A stretch of DNA of 32,000 nt from Geobacter metallireducens GS-15 (GTDB lineage: Bacteria > Desulfobacterota > Desulfuromonadia > Geobacterales > Geobacteraceae), in NCBI RefSeq assembly GCF_000012925.1, contig NC_007517.1, forward strand, positions 450,001 to 482,000, given 5' to 3'. This document shows, in pieces, positions 27,948 to 32,000 of the stretch; position 1 is the first letter of the stretch, and every line of letters starts with the position of its first letter. The position numbers and the translations under genes were made by a program. A model generated the notes under the pieces. That model was not told where the DNA came from and searched no databases. It worked only from the letters and a program-made list of their open reading frames with translations.

Positions 27948-28736
27948 ATGATCAGAGCACTGTGGACGGCGGCCTCAGGGATGCAGGCCCAGCAGACGAA
28001 CATCGACGTCGTCGCTAACAACCTGGCCAACGTCAACACCGCGGGGTTCAAGAAGAGCCGGGCCGACTTCCAGGATCTCATGTACCAGAACATGAAGACC
28101 ACCGGTTCCCCCTCCACCAACACCACACAGGTGCCGTCCGGCATCCAGATCGGTCTCGGGGCCAAGCTGGCGGCGGTCACCAAGATCTTTACCATCGGTA
28201 ACATTAACCAGACCGGCAACGAGCTGGATATGGCCATCGAGGGGGACGGCTTCTACCAAATCCAGATGCCCGACGGCACCACCACCTACACTCGTTCCGG
28301 CGCCTTCAAGCGGGACAGCCAGGGGCGTGTGGTCACTTCCGACGGCTATCCCCTGATCCCCGAGATTGTCATCCCCAACAACGCCACAGCCATCAACATC
28401 GGCAACGACGGGACCGTTTCCGTCTCCCAGGCGGGGCAGAAGAGCCCCACCAACGTAGGAAACATCCAGCTGGCCATGTTCTCCAACCCGTCGGGGCTTC
28501 TGGCCATCGGCAAGAACCTCTTCCAGGAGTCCGACTCCTCGGGCAACGCCACCACCGGCACGCCGGGCCAGAACGGCCTGGGCACCACGGCCCAGGGGTT
28601 CCTGGAGATGAGTAACGTGAGCGTCATGGAAGAGATGGTGAACATGATCACGGGGCAGCGGGCCTACGAGGTGAACTCCAAGGCGGTCCAGACCGCCGAC
28701 GAGATGCTCCAGACGGCCAACAGCCTCAAGCGGTAA
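27948..28736 (+). CDS. flgG: flagellar distal rod protein FlgG
   Basis: [37 protein letters not shown]-terminus and [24 protein letters not shown]-terminus. 262 aa. AAGGAGAAAAAC RBS. Confidence 0.95.
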   Translation: MIRALWTAASGMQAQQTNIDVVANNLANVNTAGFKKSRADFQDLMYQNMKTTGSPSTNTTQVPSGIQIGLGAKLAAVTKIFTIGNINQTGNELDMAIEGDGFYQIQMPDGTTTYTRSGAFKRDSQGRVVTSDGYPLIPEIVIPNNATAINIGNDGTVSVSQAGQKSPTNVGNIQLAMFSNPSGLLAIGKNLFQESDSSGNATTGTPGQNGLGTTAQGFLEMSNVSVMEEMVNMITGQRAYEVNSKAVQTADEMLQTANSLKR

Positions 28737-28749
28737 TAATCGGGGCTCT

Positions 28750-28772
28750 GGGACCAGGGACCGGGGACCGGG
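28750..28772 (+). repeat. Heptamer array GGGACCA GGGACCG GGGACCG GG in the flgG-flgA gap
   Basis: Read directly. It ends 10 nt before the flgA ATG, and its last unit supplies the only SD-like purines (GGGAAAG). Confidence 0.9.
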
Positions 28773-28782
28773 AAAGACACCT

Positions 28783-29493
28783 ATGAGATTAGCAGCGGTA
28801 ATAGCAGTGCTGGTGCTTGTTGTGGGGACAGCGGCGTTTGCCGCCCCGGCCTTCCAGACCATCTCCAATGCCCGGGTGAAGGCGGCCATCGCCGAATTCG
28901 TCCGCCAGAAGACCGACGGCCTCGGCATGGAGACGACCCTGAAGCGGATCGGCTTTCAGGGGGATCTGAAGGTCCCCGTCGGCGAGGTCAGCTTCGAGGT
29001 GGCCGCTCCGAACCGGTGGGAAGGGTGGGGGAAGGCGAATCTGGCCGTCATCGTCCGGGTAAACGATCGGGTGGAGCGGAACATCTCCGTCCCCGTGGAG
29101 GTGGAGGCCCTTGGCGACACGGTGGTGGTGCTCCGGGCTCTGGAGCGGGGCGACGTCATCGGCGCCGCCGATGTGACGGTACAGCGGCGCGACCTCTCGA
29201 CTCTTACGGGGCGGGTCTACCGGAGCGCGGACGAGGTGATTGGCAAGCGGGCCCGGATGCCGGTGCGCGCCAATATGCCGCTGCGGGGAGACCAGCTCGA
29301 AAAGGTGCCCTTGGTCAAGAGCGGCCAGTTGGTCACCATTCTCGTGGAAAACCAGGCCATGCGCCTCACCGCCACTGGCAAGGCCCGGGGCAACGGCGCC
29401 GAGGGGGACATCGTCATGGTCCAGAACCTCGGCTCCCTCAAGGAAGTGCCGGCCCGGGTGATTGATGCCGGCACCGTACAGGTGGATTTCTAG
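28783..29493 (+). CDS. flgA: flagellar P-ring assembly chaperone FlgA
   Basis: Signal peptide (AVIAVLVLVVGTAAFAAP), a SAF-like region, and a C-terminal GD.V.V.N..S...V.A.V pattern. It sits between flgG and flgH. Confidence 0.85.
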   Translation: MRLAAVIAVLVLVVGTAAFAAPAFQTISNARVKAAIAEFVRQKTDGLGMETTLKRIGFQGDLKVPVGEVSFEVAAPNRWEGWGKANLAVIVRVNDRVERNISVPVEVEALGDTVVVLRALERGDVIGAADVTVQRRDLSTLTGRVYRSADEVIGKRARMPVRANMPLRGDQLEKVPLVKSGQLVTILVENQAMRLTATGKARGNGAEGDIVMVQNLGSLKEVPARVIDAGTVQVDF

Positions 29494-29499
29494 GTGTTA

Positions 29500-29531
29500 C
29501 TGGTCCCCGGTCCCGGATCCCGGGTCCCCGG
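29500..29531 (-). repeat. Inverted heptamer array in the flgA-flgH gap (reverse complement reads GGGACCC GGGATCC GGGACCG GGGACCA G)
   Basis: The + strand reads CTGGTCC CCGGTCC CGGATCC CGGGTCC CCGG. It lies 16 nt upstream of the flgH GTG. Confidence 0.9.
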
Positions 29532-29547
29532 CCTTCAGGAGTTGTCA

Positions 29548-30228
29548 GTGAAACGATTGGCAGTGTCAATACTTTGTCTTGCCCTGGCCGGCTGCGCCAT
29601 CGAGAAGGCTGAAGTGAGAACCCCCTCCTTTGATGAACAGCTTCCGGCGCCCCAGCCCTCCTACGCCAGCGGCTCCATCTGGCAGGCGGCGTCGGCGGGG
29701 ATCGCCGAGGACCACAAGGCCCGCAGGAAGGGCGACATCATCACGGTCGTGATCGTCGAGAACGCCAGCGCCAGCAAGCAGGCCACCACCGATACGGACC
29801 GCAAGGCCAGCATTTCGGCCAGCATTCCCTACCTCATGGGGCTTGAGAAGCAGAAGCTGATCCTGGGCAAGCTGACGGGCGCCGACCTCGGCAACCTCCT
29901 GGGGGCCAGCACCGACTCCACCTTCGGGGGAAGCGGCGCCACCACCCGGAAGGAAAATCTCGTGGCCACCATGAGCGCCAAGATCATCGACGTCCTCCCC
30001 AACGGCAACTTCCTCATCGAGGGGCGGCGCAACGTGAAGGTGAACAACGAGGACCAGATCATCATCCTCCAGGGGACCGTGCGTCCCCGGGACGTGTCGC
30101 CGGACAACACGGTCAATTCCAGCCTCATCGCCGATGCCCGCATCACCTACACCGGCGAGGGGGTCATCAGCGACCGGCAGCGGCCGGGGTGGTTGATGAA
30201 TTTCCTTGACTATATCTGGCCGTTTTAA
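29548..30228 (+). CDS. flgH: flagellar L-ring lipoprotein FlgH
   Basis: Lipoprotein signal peptide with lipobox LALAGC, and FlgH core motifs (GDIITVVIVENASAS, GNFLIEGRR..VNNE.Q...L.G.VRP.D). GTG 29548 has an AGGAG RBS 7 nt upstream. The ORF-track start 29494 is read-through of the repeat. Confidence 0.9.
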   Translation: MKRLAVSILCLALAGCAIEKAEVRTPSFDEQLPAPQPSYASGSIWQAASAGIAEDHKARRKGDIITVVIVENASASKQATTDTDRKASISASIPYLMGLEKQKLILGKLTGADLGNLLGASTDSTFGGSGATTRKENLVATMSAKIIDVLPNGNFLIEGRRNVKVNNEDQIIILQGTVRPRDVSPDNTVNSSLIADARITYTGEGVISDRQRPGWLMNFLDYIWPF

Positions 30229-30233
30229 CGGCC

Positions 30234-30263
30234 GGGACTAGGGACCGGGGACCAGGGACCAGG
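30234..30263 (+). repeat. Heptamer array GGGACTA GGGACCG GGGACCA GGGACCA GG in the flgH-flgI gap
   Basis: Read directly, 6 nt after the flgH TAA. Confidence 0.9.
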
Positions 30264-30277
30264 AAAACCAGCGTCCC

Positions 30278-30298
30278 GGATCACGGATCACGGATCAC
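30278..30298 (+). repeat. Second heptamer family: perfect tandem (GGATCAC)x3
   Basis: Read directly. It ends 4 nt before the flgI ATG. A related GATCACCGAT sits 7 nt before the ftsQ ATG (10086-10095). Confidence 0.9.
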
Positions 30299-30302
30299 TA
30301 CT

Positions 30303-31400
30303 ATGATTAAACGAATTATCTCCATAGTGTTTCTCCTCCTTACCCTTCCCCAGCTGGCCCTGGCGGTCCGGATCAAGGACATCGCCAGCTTCGACGGGGT
30401 GCGGGAGAACCAGCTCATCGGCTACGGCCTTGTGGTGGGGCTCAACGGCACCGGCGACAGCGACCAGACCAACTTCCCGGTCCAGTCCCTGGCGAACGTG
30501 CTGGAGCGGATGGGGGTCACGGTGAACCGCAACGACATCACCGTGAAGAACGTGGCCGCCGTCATGGTGACCGCCAATCTTCCCCCCTTTGCCAAGCAGG
30601 GGACCCGCATCGACACCCTCGTGTCATCCATGGGCGACGCCAAGAGCATCGCCGGCGGCACCCTCCTCATGACACCCCTCAAGGGTGCCGACGGCCGGGT
30701 CTACGCCGTGGCCCAAGGGGGGGTGCTGACCAACTCCTTCTCCTACGGGGGGCAGGCGGCGTCGGCCCAGAAGAACCACCCCACGGCGGGACGCGTCCCC
30801 AATGGCGGCCTGGTGGAACTGGAGCTTCCCAACGTGCTGTCCGATCGGGGGCAGCTCCGCCTCAACCTCCATCAGCCCGACTTCACCACCGCCACCCGCA
30901 TCGCCCAGGCAGTGAACGAGCGGTTCAAGGGGGGCGTTGCCGCGGCCACCGACCCCGGCGCGGTCATGATGAACCTGCCTGAAGCCTACAAGGGACGGGT
31001 CGTGGAGTTCGTGGCCGACATGGAGCGCCTGGAAGTGCGTCCCGATGCCATGGCCAAGGTGGTCCTCAACGAGCGGACCGGCACCATCGTCATCGGCGAT
31101 AATGTCAGAATTTCGACAGTGGCCGTTTCCCACGGGAACCTCACCCTCTACATCAAGGAGACCCCCAAGGTCTCCCAACCCGCGCCCTTCAGCAAGACCG
31201 GCGAAACCGTCGTGGTCCCGCGCACCGAGATCAAGGTGAACGAGGGGGGCGGCGGGCTCGCCGTGGTGAAGGAGGGGGCCAGCATTGGCGAGGTGGTCCG
31301 GGCCCTCAATGCCCTCGGCGTGACGCCCCGGGATCTGATCGGCATCCTCCAGGCCATCAAGGCCGCCGGGGCCATGCAGGCCGAGGTGGAAGTGATTTAG
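30303..31400 (+). CDS. flgI: flagellar P-ring protein FlgI
   Basis: Signal peptide ending ALA|VRIKDIA, and FlgI motifs (GYGLVVGLNGTGD, GGTLLMTPLKGADG, VVLNERTGTIVIG, LQAIKAAGA..AE). Confidence 0.95.
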   Translation: MIKRIISIVFLLLTLPQLALAVRIKDIASFDGVRENQLIGYGLVVGLNGTGDSDQTNFPVQSLANVLERMGVTVNRNDITVKNVAAVMVTANLPPFAKQGTRIDTLVSSMGDAKSIAGGTLLMTPLKGADGRVYAVAQGGVLTNSFSYGGQAASAQKNHPTAGRVPNGGLVELELPNVLSDRGQLRLNLHQPDFTTATRIAQAVNERFKGGVAAATDPGAVMMNLPEAYKGRVVEFVADMERLEVRPDAMAKVVLNERTGTIVIGDNVRISTVAVSHGNLTLYIKETPKVSQPAPFSKTGETVVVPRTEIKVNEGGGGLAVVKEGASIGEVVRALNALGVTPRDLIGILQAIKAAGAMQAEVEVI

Positions 31401-31410
31401 AGGCCGGAAC

Positions 31411-31477
31411 CTGGGATCGGGGACCAGGGACCAGGAAAGGCATTTACCGGTCCCGGATCCCCGGTCCCTGGTCCCGG
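31411..31477 (+). repeat. Palindromic heptamer element in the flgI-flgJ gap: forward GGGATCG GGGACCA GGGACCA GG, an 11-nt spacer, then inverted CCGGTCC CGGATCC CCGGTCC CTGGTCC CGG
   Basis: Read directly. There are 3 forward units against 4 inverted units, so several pairing registers are possible. Confidence 0.9.
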
Positions 31478-31524
31478 TCTGTTTGGCATGCAACATGCTG
31501 CATACCAAACAGACTTGATTTTTT
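31478..31524 (+). terminator. Stem-loop plus T6 (candidate rho-independent terminator after flgI); it also contains a sigma54-like -24/-12 element
   Basis: TCTGTTTGG (31478-31486) pairs with CCAAACAGA (31505-31513), with an inner ATGCA/TGCAT pairing. T6 run at 31519-31524. TGGCAT-GCAAC-ATGCT at 31484-31499 has the GG/GC spacing of a sigma54 promoter. Confidence 0.5.
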
Positions 31525-31560
31525 GCTCAAGTTTTCACGGTTTTTGTCGAAAGGAAGAGT

Positions 31561-31926
31561 ATGCAGACCTCCATTTCTCCCGATACCCTCGTTCAGGAGA
31601 GCGATGCCTCCCGCGCCCGGCAACTGGCGGCCCGGAAAGACAACGCCAAGGCTGCCCGTAAGGTGGCCCAGGAGTTCGAGGCCATGTTCGTCGGCATGAT
31701 GCTCAAGTCGATGCGCGAGACCGTGGGGAAAGACAAGCTCACCGGCGGCGGCAAGGGGGAAGAGATGTTCCAGTCGATGCTCGACCAGGAGTACTCCACC
31801 GCCATTGCCACGAGCCAGGGGGGAATCGGGCTTGCCTCCATGATCGAGAAGCAGCTTGTGCGGGAGGCGGCGCCCCGCGGCGAAAAAACGCCGGTTACGG
31901 TTTTGAAAGGTAGAGAGAAGAAATGA
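31561..31926 (+). CDS. flgJ: flagellar rod-binding protein (FlgJ N-terminal domain only, no muramidase domain)
   Basis: Rod-binding domain pattern AQEFEAMFVGMMLKSMRET...MFQSMLDQEYSTAIA...GGIGLASMIEKQL. 121 aa. AAAGGAAGAG RBS. Confidence 0.8.
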   Translation: MQTSISPDTLVQESDASRARQLAARKDNAKAARKVAQEFEAMFVGMMLKSMRETVGKDKLTGGGKGEEMFQSMLDQEYSTAIATSQGGIGLASMIEKQLVREAAPRGEKTPVTVLKGREKK

Positions 31927-32000
31927 CTGCAATCAACGATATTGTATCCCTTTCCAGCACCGCCGCCATGCGTCCTGCAACCGGGGAGAAGCAGGCCAAG
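31923..32000 (+). CDS. 5' fragment of an ORF translationally coupled to flgJ (ATGA overlap). By position it may be the anti-sigma28 factor FlgM.
   Basis: ATG 31923 overlaps the flgJ TGA. MTAINDIVSLSSTAAMRPATGEKQAK is open to the window end. Only 26 codons are visible, so the identity is a guess from context. Confidence 0.35.
   Translation, partial: MTAINDIVSLSSTAAMRPATGEKQAK

Noticed and set aside
27865-31477. The heptamer arrays as a possible CRISPR array or minisatellite-type mobile element
   Set aside because: The units are only 7 nt and directly tandem, with no spacers. The arrays are separated by whole genes, no cas genes are nearby, and no transposase or terminal inverted repeats flank them.
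31527-31553. Sigma28-like promoter TCAAGTTT-N11-GTCGAAAG upstream of flgJ
   Set aside because: The spacing and -35 box fit the TAAAGTTT-N11-GCCGATAA consensus reasonably well. However, the -10 box is only a 5/8 match. The predicted start (about 31560) would fall on the ATG and leave the AAAGGAAGAG RBS untranscribed.

Overview
The window looks like a high-GC deltaproteobacterial chromosome segment. Gene order and protein sequences resemble Geobacter, probably G. sulfurreducens-like, but this is judged from memory and was not searched. It has three blocks. (1) 1-13431 is the distal part of the dcw cell-wall/division cluster, all on the + strand and mostly translationally coupled: murE (3' fragment), murF, mraY, murD, ftsW, murG, murC, murB, ddl, ftsQ, ftsA, ftsZ. 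(2) 13600-21800 is a mixed middle block. It holds a large B12-like/radical-SAM protein convergent with squalene-hopene cyclase, then on the - strand TetR, a 3xBON protein and an SDR oxidoreductase. On the + strand follow a small radical-SAM protein and a lower-GC MNT/HEPN toxin-antitoxin pair whose HEPN gene is frameshifted. (3) 21950-32000 is a flagellar block. A textbook sigma54 promoter precedes flhA-flhF-flhG-fliA-flgF-flgG-flgA-flgH-flgI, followed by flgJ (rod-binding domain only) and the start of another ORF. I saw no rRNA, tRNA, CRISPR array, transposase or integrase, and no recognisable multi-gene defence or novel enzymatic system. The feature least explained by ordinary annotation is a family of GGGACCR heptamer arrays, forward, inverted or palindromic. 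They sit in every intergenic gap of the flgF-to-flgJ string and once more between ddl and ftsQ. At the ddl-ftsQ site the array replaces the ddl stop codon, so ddl reads in frame through a 23-bp-stem palindrome into ftsQ. All family assignments rest on motifs read by eye; no database search or computation was possible.
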